DNA of 64,000 bases from an uncultured Acidobacteriota bacterium. Its GTDB lineage: Bacteria > Acidobacteriota > Thermoanaerobaculia > Multivoradales > UBA5704. Where the stretch lies: positions 1,792,001-1,856,000 of the forward strand of contig OY969474.1 of the NCBI GenBank assembly GCA_963700145.1, in the 5' to 3' direction. Numbering within the stretch: the stretch's first letter is position 1; the number at the start of each line of letters is the position of its first letter. This document shows positions 21,056 through 31,500 of the stretch, piece by piece. Under the pieces are notes generated by a model that ran no database searches, was not told the DNA's origin, and worked only from the letters and a program-made list of their open reading frames with translations. Both the position numbers and the translations under genes were made by a program.

Positions 21056-21976
21056 ATGAGCCGAGCCCTCGCCGTCCTTTCCCTCCTCCTCCTGCTGGCC
21101 TGCGCCGCCTGCGCCAAGCGGGCGGCGGAGGAGGCAGCGGAGGAGGCGGTCGGCGACCAAGCGGCTTCGGGCGTCGCCAACGCTCCCGAGCCCCCTCCGC
21201 CCCCCGCTCCCGAGCGCGCCTTCGACAAACAGGCGGGCGCGGACGCGGCGCAGCAGGCCGCGCCCCTCGCCCCCCTCTCGCGCAAGCTGATCAAGACCGT
21301 CGACATCCAGATGCTGGTCGCCGACACCGCCAAGGCGGCGCGCGAGGCCCAGCTCCTTGCCGTGAGCCTGGGCGGCTACGTCGCCAACATGACGGCGCAG
21401 CGCCAGAACGGCCTCCTCCATTACTCGATCACCCTGCGCGTGCCGGTCGAACGGCTGGACGCCGCGCTCGAGCGCATCCGCCGGCTCGGCGAGCAGATCG
21501 AGCGCGAGAGCGTGCGCAGCGAGGACGTGACCGAGCAGTTCGTCGACCTGGGGGCGCGGCTGACGACGCTGCGCGCCACCGAGCGGGAGCTCCTAGAGCT
21601 TCTCTCCGAGGCGCGCGAGCGCGGCCAGAAGCTCGAGGACGTGATGGCGGTGTACCGCCAGCTGACCGAGATCCGCACCTCGATCGAGCAGATCCAGGGG
21701 CAGCTCAAGGTGCTGACCACGCTCACCACGCTCTCGACGATCAACCTCGAGCTGCTGCCGGCCGAGGCCGGGAAGCCGCTGGTCGAGGAGTGGCGCCCGG
21801 CCGAGACGCTGCGCGCCAGCGCCCGGGCGCTGGTCAAGCTCCTCCAGGCGCTCGTCGACCTGGCGATCTGGCTGCTCGTGACGGTGCTGCCGGTCGTCGC
21901 GCTCCTGGCGCTCCTGATCTGGGCGCTCCTGCGCCTCCGCCGGCGCTTCCGGCGGCCCCCCGCGACGCCTTCCTAG
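21056..21976 (+). CDS. DUF4349-domain lipoprotein
   Basis: Lipobox-like LLLAC, RKLIKT, ITLRVP, EDVTEQFVDL, C-terminal TM. Confidence 0.88.
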   Translation: MSRALAVLSLLLLLACAACAKRAAEEAAEEAVGDQAASGVANAPEPPPPPAPERAFDKQAGADAAQQAAPLAPLSRKLIKTVDIQMLVADTAKAAREAQLLAVSLGGYVANMTAQRQNGLLHYSITLRVPVERLDAALERIRRLGEQIERESVRSEDVTEQFVDLGARLTTLRATERELLELLSEARERGQKLEDVMAVYRQLTEIRTSIEQIQGQLKVLTTLTTLSTINLELLPAEAGKPLVEEWRPAETLRASARALVKLLQALVDLAIWLLVTVLPVVALLALLIWALLRLRRRFRRPPATPS

Positions 21977-21982
21977 CGCGGC

Positions 21983-23848
21983 GTGCCTCGCACCTCGCGC
22001 TGGGTCGCCGCCTTCGCCGTCCTCGCTCTCGCCGACCTCCTCTGGGTGGCGCCGCGGCTCCTCGTCCCCGACCTCAACCTCGACTACCCGTTCACCGACG
22101 GCGACTCCTGGGACTGGATCGCCAACGGCCTCGCCTTCGCCGGCCACTCGGTGCGCGACCCCGGCCGCTCGCCGCTCCTGCCGCTCCTGCTGGCGGCGCT
22201 GGCGCGGCTCGGCGCGCTGGAGCTCTGGCCGCTCCTCCAGCAGGCCCTCGTGCACGCCACCGCGGTGGGGTTCGTGGCGCTCGCCGCGCGCCTCTACGGG
22301 CCGCGCGCCGCCGTCGCGACCGGCGCGGCGCTCCTCTTCAACCACTCCTACCAGGGGCTGTCGGTCGATCTGATGGCCGACGTCCTCGGCTCCTGCCTGC
22401 TCTTCGCCGCCGCGGCGGCCTTCCTGGTCGCCGCCGAGCGCCCGCGCGCCTACCTCGCGGCCGGCCTCGCCGGCGGGCTCGCGGCGCTGGCGCAGCAGGC
22501 GGCCCTCCTCGCGGCGCTGCCGGCCGCGGCCGCGGTCCTCTTGGCGCGCCGGCGCCACCTCCGCGCGCCGGCACTCTGGGCGGGCGCCGCGGTCTTCCTC
22601 GCGCTCCAAGTCGCCTGGCTCCTCCTCAAGCAGGCCCGCTACGGCACCTTCGGCGACGTGCTGACGCGCTACTCGACGCTGCTGCGCCTCCATGACGGCG
22701 GCTCCCTCGGCGCCTACCTCTGGTCGCTCGCCTCGCTGCTAGGCCTGCCCGGCGCGCTCCTCCTCACCGCGGGCGTGGGGCTCGCTCTGCTCGGCTTCCG
22801 GGCGAGCAACCCCGCGGCCGCCGGCCGGCTGTTCCTCGGGGGCACGGTCCTGGCCCTCTTCCTCTTCTTCGCCTGCGCCTACGACTTCCACGCGAAACGC
22901 TTCCTCGTCCTCGCCTACTGGCTGGGAGGCCTCTTGATCGCGGAGGTCCTCGCCCGACTCCGCCACCCGGCCCTCTTCTGGGGGGCCGCGGGCCTCTTCG
23001 TCGGCGCCTCGCTCCTGTCGCTGCCGGCGCCCGGCCGCGACCCGTCGTACGTCGCGCTCTGGCCCGTGCCGCCGGTCTACGCCCGCGCCGAGCCGGCCTT
23101 CGCTCCGACCGGCGCCGTAATGCCGAACCTCGCGCGCGTCGAGGTCGTCCGCCCGCCGCTGCGGGAAGTTCTCGCGGCGGAGCACCACGCGCGCCTGCGC
23201 GACGCCGCCCGGCGCCTCCGGCCGGCGCCGCGCCTCGACCCGGCGCTCCTTGCCGCCGATCGAGGCGCGCTCTATCTCTATGGGCCGGGGGAGGCCGGCG
23301 CCCGCTACCGCACCGTGACGCGGCTCGGCAACGCGTTGCGCAAACCGCTCAAGTTCGTGCCGGCGGCCTGGCTCGAGCCGTACTTCGGGCTGCTCGACGT
23401 GGAGTCGCTCGGGAGCGTCGGCGAGGCGGAGGTCTTCCGCGCCCGGGTGCGCGGCCTCGCCGGCACCTGGCTCCTGGCCGCGGCGGCTGACGGCCCGGCG
23501 CGGGCGCACCTCGCCGCGGCGGCCGCCGCCCCGCCGGCTCCCGGGGCGGTCCCTGGCGGGCGGGTCGAGCGCGGGCGCCGGCGCGCCCACGCCGTCGCCG
23601 CCTGGCTGGCCGAGAGCGACGCCTACGTCGCCCTCCTCCCGGGGCCGGAGCAGGACCTGGCCCGCCTCTACCTGCCCTTCCTCCTCGAGACGACCGAGCT
23701 GTACGTGATCGAGCCGGAGCAGGAGGCCGGGGCCCGCGGCATGCTGGCCGCCGCGCCGCTCTACGCCGAGCGCCGCTTCGGCCCGCTTCGGGCCCGGCGG
23801 ATCGAGCTCTTCGGCCGTCCCTCGGCGGTGATTGGGAACGGAGGCTGA
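21983..23848 (+). CDS. Multi-TM GT-C fold glycosyltransferase (ArnT/PMT-like)
   Basis: DYPFTDGDSWDW loop after TM1, R.PLLP, about ten TM segments. Confidence 0.65.
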   Translation: MPRTSRWVAAFAVLALADLLWVAPRLLVPDLNLDYPFTDGDSWDWIANGLAFAGHSVRDPGRSPLLPLLLAALARLGALELWPLLQQALVHATAVGFVALAARLYGPRAAVATGAALLFNHSYQGLSVDLMADVLGSCLLFAAAAAFLVAAERPRAYLAAGLAGGLAALAQQAALLAALPAAAAVLLARRRHLRAPALWAGAAVFLALQVAWLLLKQARYGTFGDVLTRYSTLLRLHDGGSLGAYLWSLASLLGLPGALLLTAGVGLALLGFRASNPAAAGRLFLGGTVLALFLFFACAYDFHAKRFLVLAYWLGGLLIAEVLARLRHPALFWGAAGLFVGASLLSLPAPGRDPSYVALWPVPPVYARAEPAFAPTGAVMPNLARVEVVRPPLREVLAAEHHARLRDAARRLRPAPRLDPALLAADRGALYLYGPGEAGARYRTVTRLGNALRKPLKFVPAAWLEPYFGLLDVESLGSVGEAEVFRARVRGLAGTWLLAAAADGPARAHLAAAAAAPPAPGAVPGGRVERGRRRAHAVAAWLAESDAYVALLPGPEQDLARLYLPFLLETTELYVIEPEQEAGARGMLAAAPLYAERRFGPLRARRIELFGRPSAVIGNGG

Positions 23849-23866
23849 GCCCCGTCACAGCCGGCG

Positions 23867-23881
23867 TGGCACACGCCTTGC
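23867..23881 (+). promoter_or_regulatory. Sigma54 (-24/-12) promoter
   Basis: TGGCACACGCCTTGC, a perfect TGGCAC-N5-TTGC match, 48 bp upstream of ATG 23930. Confidence 0.7.
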
Positions 23882-23929
23882 GGCGCTTCCCTCCCGTCGG
23901 GCCGCCGTTCGACCCCGGAGGAGACTGCG

Positions 23930-24283
23930 ATGGAGATCAATCTCTCGAAGGTGGAGCGCCTGGGGTCGCTGATCGCCGGCGGCGCGCTCCTCGCCTGGGC
24001 GGTCGCGCGACGACGGTCGCCCCTGAGGCTGCTGACCGCTCTGGGCGGGGCCGGCCTCGCCGCGCGCGGCGCCAGCGGCCACTGCCCGGTCTACGGCGCG
24101 CTGGGGTGGAACACCGCCGACGACGAGCCGGGCCTGGCCCGCGCCGAGACGCCCCCGCCGCCGCCGCGCCCCTGGGCGCAGCCGCGCCGCTGGCGCGAGG
24201 AGCTGGACGTCGTCGACGAGGCCTCGGTGGAGTCCTTCCCGGCCAGCGACCCGCCGTCGTTCACACCGGAGAAGATCGGGTAG
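23930..24283 (+). CDS. DUF2892 (YgaP-like) membrane protein with C-terminal ESFPASDPP motif
   Basis: N...VER...RGASGHCPVYGALG; VVDEASVESFPASDPPSFT; GGAG RBS. Confidence 0.8.
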   Translation: MEINLSKVERLGSLIAGGALLAWAVARRRSPLRLLTALGGAGLAARGASGHCPVYGALGWNTADDEPGLARAETPPPPPRPWAQPRRWREELDVVDEASVESFPASDPPSFTPEKIG

Positions 24284-24320
24284 CGCCCGGCCTACGTGCC
24301 GGGCGTTTTCGGAAGAATCC

Positions 24321-25181
24321 TCAGCTCGCGGCCGTCTGCGGCGGCGGACCGGACGGCGCGACCGGCCCGCCCACGACCTGGATCCCCTGCGCCTCCCACC
24401 CCTTCTCGCCGCGCTTCAAGAGGAACTGCAGGATGACCTCCCGGTTGGGCAGGCGGTCGAAGACCGTCTCGTCCTCGAGCTCGGTGACGTGGAAGAAGCA
24501 GTTGGCGAAAGGCGAGCCGGGGCGGCGGGAGTCGTAGAGCCAGAGGTTCTCGTTGATCCGCTGCAGGAAGCGCAGGAATCCGTACCCCTTGTCGCGGTCC
24601 ACCCAGTAGCAGGCGCCGCGCACCCGCGAGCCCTCCTCGCCCCAGGGCTTCTTCTCCGCCGTCTCGGGGGTGGAGAGAAGGTTGGGGATGACGTAGCCGG
24701 AGAGGAAGAGGTCGGCCTGGTTGCGCAGGTCGGAGGAGACGTTGTCGAAGGCCACGACCTCGATCCTGAGGCCGCGGTTCTGGAGCGCCTCGACGACCTT
24801 GGTGAAGTCGCCGTCGCCGGTCGCCAGCACCACCCGGTCCAGCCGCTCCGACTGCAGGAGGAGGTCGACCGCCATGTCGAGGTCGGCGTTGGCCTTGCCG
24901 TAGCGCTCCTTGGTCTGGGTGTCGACGAGCCAGCGGATCGGCTTCTCGACGACCTTGAAGCCGATGTCGCGCAGCCGCGAGTGGAACTCCAGCACCGTGG
25001 CGTAGCCGGGATCGCGCCGCCGCGCCCGCTCCTCGTCGAAGCGGACGTAGGCGTTCATGCGCAGCGCCTCCGAGCCGTCGCGGCAGGCGAACTCCCGCAG
25101 CACGTCGTAGCGCATGCCGTAGCCGCCGTTGCGGGTGATGTTCTCGACGTCGACGTAGATCCCGACCTTGGATGCCATCAC
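24321..25181 (-). CDS. NYN (LabA/DUF88) domain protein with C-terminal cold-shock-like OB fold
   Basis: IYVDVEN, DLDMAVD, LATGDGDF; C-terminal DKGYGFL...CFFH. Confidence 0.85.
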   Translation of the reverse strand: MMASKVGIYVDVENITRNGGYGMRYDVLREFACRDGSEALRMNAYVRFDEERARRRDPGYATVLEFHSRLRDIGFKVVEKPIRWLVDTQTKERYGKANADLDMAVDLLLQSERLDRVVLATGDGDFTKVVEALQNRGLRIEVVAFDNVSSDLRNQADLFLSGYVIPNLLSTPETAEKKPWGEEGSRVRGACYWVDRDKGYGFLRFLQRINENLWLYDSRRPGSPFANCFFHVTELEDETVFDRLPNREVILQFLLKRGEKGWEAQGIQVVGGPVAPSGPPPQTAAS

Positions 25182-25277
25182 ACCCCCCCAACCCCTCCCA
25201 GGGGTCGCGGGATTGTAGCCCGAGGCCGACGGCCGGGCGGAGAGCCCGGCCGTCGGTACGTTCGCGAAGAGACGCGT

Positions 25278-27839
25278 CTACTGGTACGTCACCGTCAGCT
25301 GCGGCCGGTTTGCCGCCGTCGCGGTCTCACCGGGGTAGAAGCCGATGTAGTCGAAGGCCAGGTCGTCGTTGTCGCCGAGCGTGCAGTAGGGGCGGAGCTG
25401 CGTCGTGCCGGTCTTGTTGATGGCGCTCAACCCGGCCGCGTTCAGGCTGCCCGTCGAGGCCGCGCCGTTGACGGTGGGGTTCGACAGGGTGACTACTGCG
25501 TTGGCCGTCGCCGCCGCCTGCCAGTCGGAGAAGGCGAAGGCCGTCGAGCCGCCGAAGCCGCCGGTCACGATGTCGGCGACGCACGGGCCGTGGGTGGTGT
25601 AAGGGTTGGTGCCGGAGATGGCGCCGCGCACCAGGCGCAGGCTCGCCGAGAGGATCGTCGCCCCGTCCGGGATCGACGCCGTGTTGAAGGAGACGATGTT
25701 CTTGTACTGCTCGTCGGCGTTGGTGTCGCCGACGCGCAGGGCGATGGTCGAGTTCTCGGTCGCGTTGCCGCCGCCGCCGACGTTGCCGTTCTCTCCCGAC
25801 TCCCAGATGCGGCCGTCCTGGGAAGCCACCGAGTCGAAGGTCAGCGTGGTCGAGCCGCTGGTCACGGTCAGGGTGATCTGCGCCGAGCCGGGGAGGCCGC
25901 CGCTGTCGGTCACCGAAGCGGTGATGGTGTGGTTCCCCGCCGAGAGCGACGAGGTGCTGAACGAGGCCCCGCTGCCGATGGTGCCGTTGATGCTCGAGGT
26001 CCAGGTGAGGCTTGTCGAGATGTTGCCGTCTTCGGCGTCGTTGGCGGTGCCGGTGAAGGTGATCGAGGCGCCCTGGGCGAAGGAGCTGCCGTTGGCCGGC
26101 GCGGTGATGGTCACCACCGGCGCCGTGTTGCCCGGCCCGCCGCCGATCTGGAACCCGGCGGCGTAGACGTCGACCGAGTCGGTGCCGCCGCCACTCTCGT
26201 TGCGGTTGTCGGTGAAGATCGTGATGAGCTGGTTGCCGACGACGTCGAGGCCGTTGTAGTCGCCCCACTCGAAGCCGGTGTCGATCTGCGGCGAGAGCAC
26301 GCTGGTCAGGCGCACCGGCGTCGGCCAGGTGTCGCCGCCGTCGGAGGAGACCGAGTAGAAGATGTCCACGCCGACGCGCGTCGGGCTGCGGCGGGTGTCG
26401 TAGAAGGCCACGTAGACCTTGCCGTCCGGCCCGACCCCGAGCCAGGGGTGGAAGCGGTCGACGCTCGCGGCGTCGGCCGTCTCGTGCGGCGTGCGCACCG
26501 TCCAGGTGGCGCCGCCGTCGCGGGAGTAGGCGACGCGGATGCGGCCGTGGTTGTTGGCCGGCGGCGAGGTCTCGGGGGCGGTGGTGTCGGTCCAGGCGAC
26601 GTAGATCGAGTTGGCGAAGGCGCCGCTCGACAGGTCGGCGTCGGCGGAGGCGTAGATGAAGGCGCGGCGCGTCTCCATCGCCGGGATCGCGAAGTCGTAG
26701 CCGTCCTGCGTGGTGGCCACGGTGACCACCGCGGCGAAGCTCGTGCCGCCGTTGGTCGACTTGCGCGACAGGATGGTCTTGCCGTTGGTGGCCGGCCAGA
26801 AGTAGTAGACGTTGCCGCTCTTGTCGGTCGTCAGGTCGCAGCCGATGCCCGACTGGCTGGAGCCGCTCGACATCGTCAGCGGCGCGCTCCAGGTGTGGGC
26901 GAAGTCGGTCGAGCGGGAGTGCTTCAAGGTGTTGTTGTCGTGCCAGCACTGGTAGATGTTGTCGCGGAAGGGGGAGGTCGCGAACTTGTCGACGTGGATG
27001 TACTGCTTGTCGCTGGTGTTCGCCGACGTCACCTCGCGCCGGGGGTCGCCGGGGGTGATGGTCGCCAGGTCGCTCCAGGTGGCGCCGCCGTCCGACGAGC
27101 GGTAGACCCAGACGTTGCACACGGCGCCGCAGCCGCCGAGGGTCGAGGTGTAGGCGTACTGGCCGTTCGAGGACCAGTCCACGGTGGGGTCGCAGCAGGT
27201 GCCGCCCAGCGGCAGGGCGGCGGCCTGGGTCCAGGAGGAGCCGCCGTTGGTCGAGTACCACATGATCTGCCCGGACCCCGGGCCGTTCGAGCCGGCGACT
27301 ACCTTGTTGACGTCGGTCGGATGGATCTTGATCGCCGACTCGGCGGCGCCGGTGGGCGAGGTGACGCGCACGTCGGAGGTCAGGGCCTGCTCCTCGAACT
27401 CCTCCTCGGTGATCCCGTCCTCCTCGACGACGATGAAACGGCCGTCCTGGAAGATCGCGCCGCGGTAGAGCTTGCCGTTGACCAGGTAGCCGCCGTACTT
27501 GAGCTCGAAGACCTGCAGCGCGCTGCGCGGGTACTGGGCCGGACCCGTGCGCGCCATGCCGGGGTTGGCCTTGCGCAGCTCGATGCGGAAGAAGACCGGG
27601 ATGGGGTCCTTCAGCTCGTGCTCGTTGGGGGCGAGGACGGCGAGGTCCTGGAGCCTGACCTGGTAGTTGCGGTCGTCCCACGGGCCCAGCTGGGTGAAGG
27701 ACCCATAATCGACCCGGTGGTCCACGCCCCTGCCCTGCTCCACCGGCTGCGCCGCAGCCACCGTGGTGAACGCGGCGGCCGCCAACACGCCGGCCGCCCA
27801 TAAGGTCCGCCAGCGGCGGACTGCTCCAATGCCTGTCAT
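25278..27839 (-). CDS. Secreted Asp-box (BNR/sialidase-like) beta-propeller protein with Ig-like and C-terminal beta-sandwich domains
   Basis: Signal peptide; several S.DGG.TW boxes; PVVTITAPANG Ig repeat; IPDGATILSASL. Confidence 0.85.
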   Translation of the reverse strand: MTGIGAVRRWRTLWAAGVLAAAAFTTVAAAQPVEQGRGVDHRVDYGSFTQLGPWDDRNYQVRLQDLAVLAPNEHELKDPIPVFFRIELRKANPGMARTGPAQYPRSALQVFELKYGGYLVNGKLYRGAIFQDGRFIVVEEDGITEEEFEEQALTSDVRVTSPTGAAESAIKIHPTDVNKVVAGSNGPGSGQIMWYSTNGGSSWTQAAALPLGGTCCDPTVDWSSNGQYAYTSTLGGCGAVCNVWVYRSSDGGATWSDLATITPGDPRREVTSANTSDKQYIHVDKFATSPFRDNIYQCWHDNNTLKHSRSTDFAHTWSAPLTMSSGSSQSGIGCDLTTDKSGNVYYFWPATNGKTILSRKSTNGGTSFAAVVTVATTQDGYDFAIPAMETRRAFIYASADADLSSGAFANSIYVAWTDTTAPETSPPANNHGRIRVAYSRDGGATWTVRTPHETADAASVDRFHPWLGVGPDGKVYVAFYDTRRSPTRVGVDIFYSVSSDGGDTWPTPVRLTSVLSPQIDTGFEWGDYNGLDVVGNQLITIFTDNRNESGGGTDSVDVYAAGFQIGGGPGNTAPVVTITAPANGSSFAQGASITFTGTANDAEDGNISTSLTWTSSINGTIGSGASFSTSSLSAGNHTITASVTDSGGLPGSAQITLTVTSGSTTLTFDSVASQDGRIWESGENGNVGGGGNATENSTIALRVGDTNADEQYKNIVSFNTASIPDGATILSASLRLVRGAISGTNPYTTHGPCVADIVTGGFGGSTAFAFSDWQAAATANAVVTLSNPTVNGAASTGSLNAAGLSAINKTGTTQLRPYCTLGDNDDLAFDYIGFYPGETATAANRPQLTVTYQ

Positions 27840-27950
27840 GAACGGTCTCCCAAGGAAGGTGCCTCGCGGCTCTTTTGCCGCGCGACGGAGAGATGCCTTG
27901 CTAAAAGAAGAGGGTGCGCGCCGAGGGTGAGAGCGCGCCTGGGCTACTGC

Positions 27951-28481
27951 TCAGGCCGCGTCGAACTCGGGGGCGTAGCGGGCGAGGCCGGCGGCGCCGG
28001 CGAGGGCGCCGGGGCGGAGCTCCTGGGCCATGAAGACCTCGTCGGGCACGTCGTAGGTCGAGCGGACGCCGAAACGGCTCGCGGGGACGTAGCCGAAGCG
28101 CGGGTAGTACTCGGGATGGCCGAGGACGATCGAGGCGCCGTAGCCGGCCGCGCGGCAGCGCGCCAGCCCCGCCTCGACGAGACGCGAGCCGATGCCCCGG
28201 CGTTGCAGCTCGGGGAGGACGGCCATCGGCGCGAGCCCCGCGGCGGTCGCGGCGGCGCCGCCGGCGTCAGGCTCGATCCGCACCTCGCTGAACAGGATGT
28301 GCCCGACGACCCGCCCGCCGGCGACGGCGACGAGCGCGACGACCGCCTTCCCCGCGGCGCGCAGCGCGTCCACGAGGTCGGCCTCGACCGGCTGCCCGAA
28401 CGCCAGCTCGTTGACCGCGCGGACCGCGGCGGCGTCCGCCGGCTCCTCCGCGCGGATGACTGTCCCGGTGTCTTCCGCCAT
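27951..28481 (-). CDS. GNAT N-acetyltransferase (YhbS-like)
   Basis: VGHILFS, LAPMAVLPELQRRGIG, VLGHPEYYPRFG. Confidence 0.9.
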   Translation of the reverse strand: MAEDTGTVIRAEEPADAAAVRAVNELAFGQPVEADLVDALRAAGKAVVALVAVAGGRVVGHILFSEVRIEPDAGGAAATAAGLAPMAVLPELQRRGIGSRLVEAGLARCRAAGYGASIVLGHPEYYPRFGYVPASRFGVRSTYDVPDEVFMAQELRPGALAGAAGLARYAPEFDAA

Positions 28482-28500
28482 TTTCGGATGCTACGCCGCC

Positions 28501-28529
28501 TTGATTTACGCCCGAGTTGCGCCTAGTCT
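28501..28529 (+). promoter_or_regulatory. Sigma70-type promoter of dnaE2 (probably leaderless)
   Basis: TTGATT-17 bp-TAGTCT, then 6 nt to GTG 28536. Confidence 0.55.
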
Positions 28530-28535
28530 CCCACT

Positions 28536-31500
28536 GTGAGGGATCGCAAGGCCGAGACGCTGCCGGGGGACCGGCCGGGCGAGGCGCCGGTGCCGCTGCC
28601 GCCGCGTCCGCCTCCCCCGCCGCCCCGCCGCGCGCGCGGCGCCAAGGCCCCGCCCTACGCCGAGCTGCGCGCCGCTTCCGCCTTCTCCTTCCTCGACGGC
28701 GCCTCGCTCCCCGAGGACCTGGTCGAGCAGGCCGCCGCCCTGGAGCTGCCGGCGGTGGCGCTGGTGGACGCGCAAGGGGTCTACGGCGCGCCGCGCTTCT
28801 ACCAGGCGGCGCGCCAGGCCGGCATCAGGGCGCTGGTCGGGGCGGAGGTGGCGATCGACCCGGCGCGGCCCGGGCGCCGCTCGGGGCCGCTGGGGCTGGT
28901 GGCGCCGCCGGAGACCGCCGCCGCGCCGCGCCCGGAGTCGCGCGCCGTGCCGCCGCCGGTGCCGCCGGGCGAGCGGCTCACCCTGCTCGTCGAGAGCCGC
29001 GCCGGCTACAAGAACCTCTGCCGCCTCCTCTCCGCCGCGGCGCGCGGCCGGCCCAAGGGGGAGGCGCGGGCCACCTGGGAGCTGGTCGCCGAGCATGCGG
29101 CCGGGCTGCGCTGCCTGACCGGCGGCCCCGACGGCCCGCTCGCCGCCGCCCTGCGCCAGGGCGGCGCGGAGCGCGGCCGCCGCCTGCTCGAGCGGCTCGG
29201 CCGCCTCTTCCCCGGCCGCCTCCACGTCGAGCTGCAGCGCCACCGCCGGCCCGAGGAGGAGCACGCCAACCGCGCCGCCGTCGAGCTGGCGCGCGCGCTC
29301 GGCCTGCCGCTCGTCGCCACCAACGGCGCCCGCTACGCGCGGCCGGAGGACAAGGCCCTCCACGACGTCCTCACCTGCATCCGCCACCACACGACCCTCG
29401 ACGCCGCCGGCACCCTCCTCGCCGCCCACCGCGAGCGGCACTTGAAGCCCGCCGCCGAGATGGCCCGCCGCTTCGCCGACCTCCCCGAGGCGGTCGCCGG
29501 CGCCGCCGAGCTCGCCGCGCGGCTCGACTTCACCTTGGCCGACCTGGGCTACCGCTTCCCCGACTACCCGCTGCCGCCCGGCGAGACGCCGGCCTCCTAC
29601 CTCCGCCACGTCACCTGGAACGGCGCCCGCGCCCGCTTCCGGCCGCTCACCGCGCGCGCCCAGGCGCAGCTCGAAAAGGAGCTGGCGCTGATCGAGAAGC
29701 TCGACCTCGCCGGGTACTTCCTGATCGTCTGGGACATGGTCCAGTTCTGCCAGCGCGAGTCGATCCTGGTGCAGGGGCGCGGCTCGGCGGCCAACAGCGC
29801 GGTCTGCTTCGCGCTCTCCATCACCGCCGTCGATCCGGTCAAGATGGACCTCCTCTTCGAGCGCTTCCTCTCCGAGGAGCGCGGCGAGTGGCCGGACATC
29901 GACCTCGACCTCCCCTCCGGCGACCAGCGCGAGAAGGTCATCCAGTACGTCTACCGCCGCTACGGCGAGCACGGCGCGGCGATGACCGCCAACGTCATCA
30001 CCTACCGCGACCGCTCGGCGACACGCGAGGTGGCGAAGGCCTTCGGCTACTCGGCCGAGCAGATCGACCGCCTCGCCGACCAGCTCGGCAGCTTCACCTA
30101 CGACCTGGCGCGCGGCGACCCCAAGTCCTTCGCCGCCGAGCTCGCCGCCGGCGGGCTCGACCCGCAGGAGGGGCGGGTGCGCCGCTTCGCCGACCTCTGG
30201 ACGCGCATCCACAACCTGCCGCGCCACCTGGGGCAGCACTCGGGGGGGATGGTGATCGCCGCCGGGCGGCTCGACGAGGTGGTGCCGCTCGAGCCGGCCG
30301 CGATGCCCGGGCGCGTCGTCGTGCAGTGGGACAAGGACGACTGCGCCGACCTGGGAATCGTCAAGGTGGACCTCCTGGGCCTCGGCATGCTCGCCGCCTT
30401 CGAGGAGATGGTGCCGGTGGTGCGCCGGCACGAGGGCACGCACCTCGACCTGGCCCAGCTCCCGGCCGACGACCCGGCGGTCTTCGCCATGCTCCGCCGC
30501 GCCGACACCGTGGGGGTCTTCCAGGTCGAGAGCCGCGCCCAGATGGCGTCGCTGCCGCGCAACGACCCCAAGCGCTTCTACGACATCGTGATCCAGGTCG
30601 CCATCATCCGCCCCGGCCCGATCGTCGGCAAGATGGCCCACCCCTACTTCGAGCGGCGGCAGGGGCGCGAGGCGGTGACCTACCCGCACCCGAGCCTGAA
30701 GCCGATCCTGGAGCGCACCCTCGGCGTGCCGCTCTTCCAGGAGCAGCTCCTGCGCATCGCCATGGTGGCCGCCGGCTTCACCGGCGGCGAGGCCGAGGAG
30801 CTGCGGCGGGCGATGGGGTTCAAGCGGTCGGTCGAGCGGATGCGCGCGATCGAGCGGCGGCTGCGCGACGGCATGACGGCGCGCGGCATCGCCGGCAAGA
30901 CGCAGGAGGAGATCGTCCACGCCATCACCGCCTTCGCCCTCTACGGCTTCCCCGAGTCGCACGCCGCGAGCTTCGCGCTCATCGCCTACGCCAGCGCCTA
31001 TCTCAAGGTCCACCACCCGACCGCCTTCTACCTCGGGCTGCTGAACGCCTGGCCGATGGGCTTCTACCACCCGGCGACCCTGGTCAAGGACGCCGAGCGG
31101 CACGGCGTCGAGGTGCGGCCGGTGGACGTCCAGCGCTCGGAGTGGAAGTGCGCCTGGGAGGAGCGGGAGGGCGGCGCGACCGGGCCGGCCGGGGCGTTGC
31201 GCGTGGGCTTCCGCTTCGTGCGCGGCCTGCGCGCCGCGGCGGGCCAGCGGATCGGCGCGGAGCGGGCGCGCGGCGGCGCCTTCCGCGACGCCGAGGACCT
31301 GGCCCGCCGCTGCGGGCTGCGCGAGGACGAGCTCGAGACGCTGGCCGCGATCGGCGCGCTCGGCGCCTTCGGCCTCAGCCGCCGCGCCGCGCTCTGGCAG
31401 GTGGCGCGGATCGCCCGCCCGGCCGGCCCGCTGCTCGACGCCCTGAAGGACACCGAGCCCTCGCCGCTCCCCGAGATGACCCCGGCCGAGGAGACCCTGG

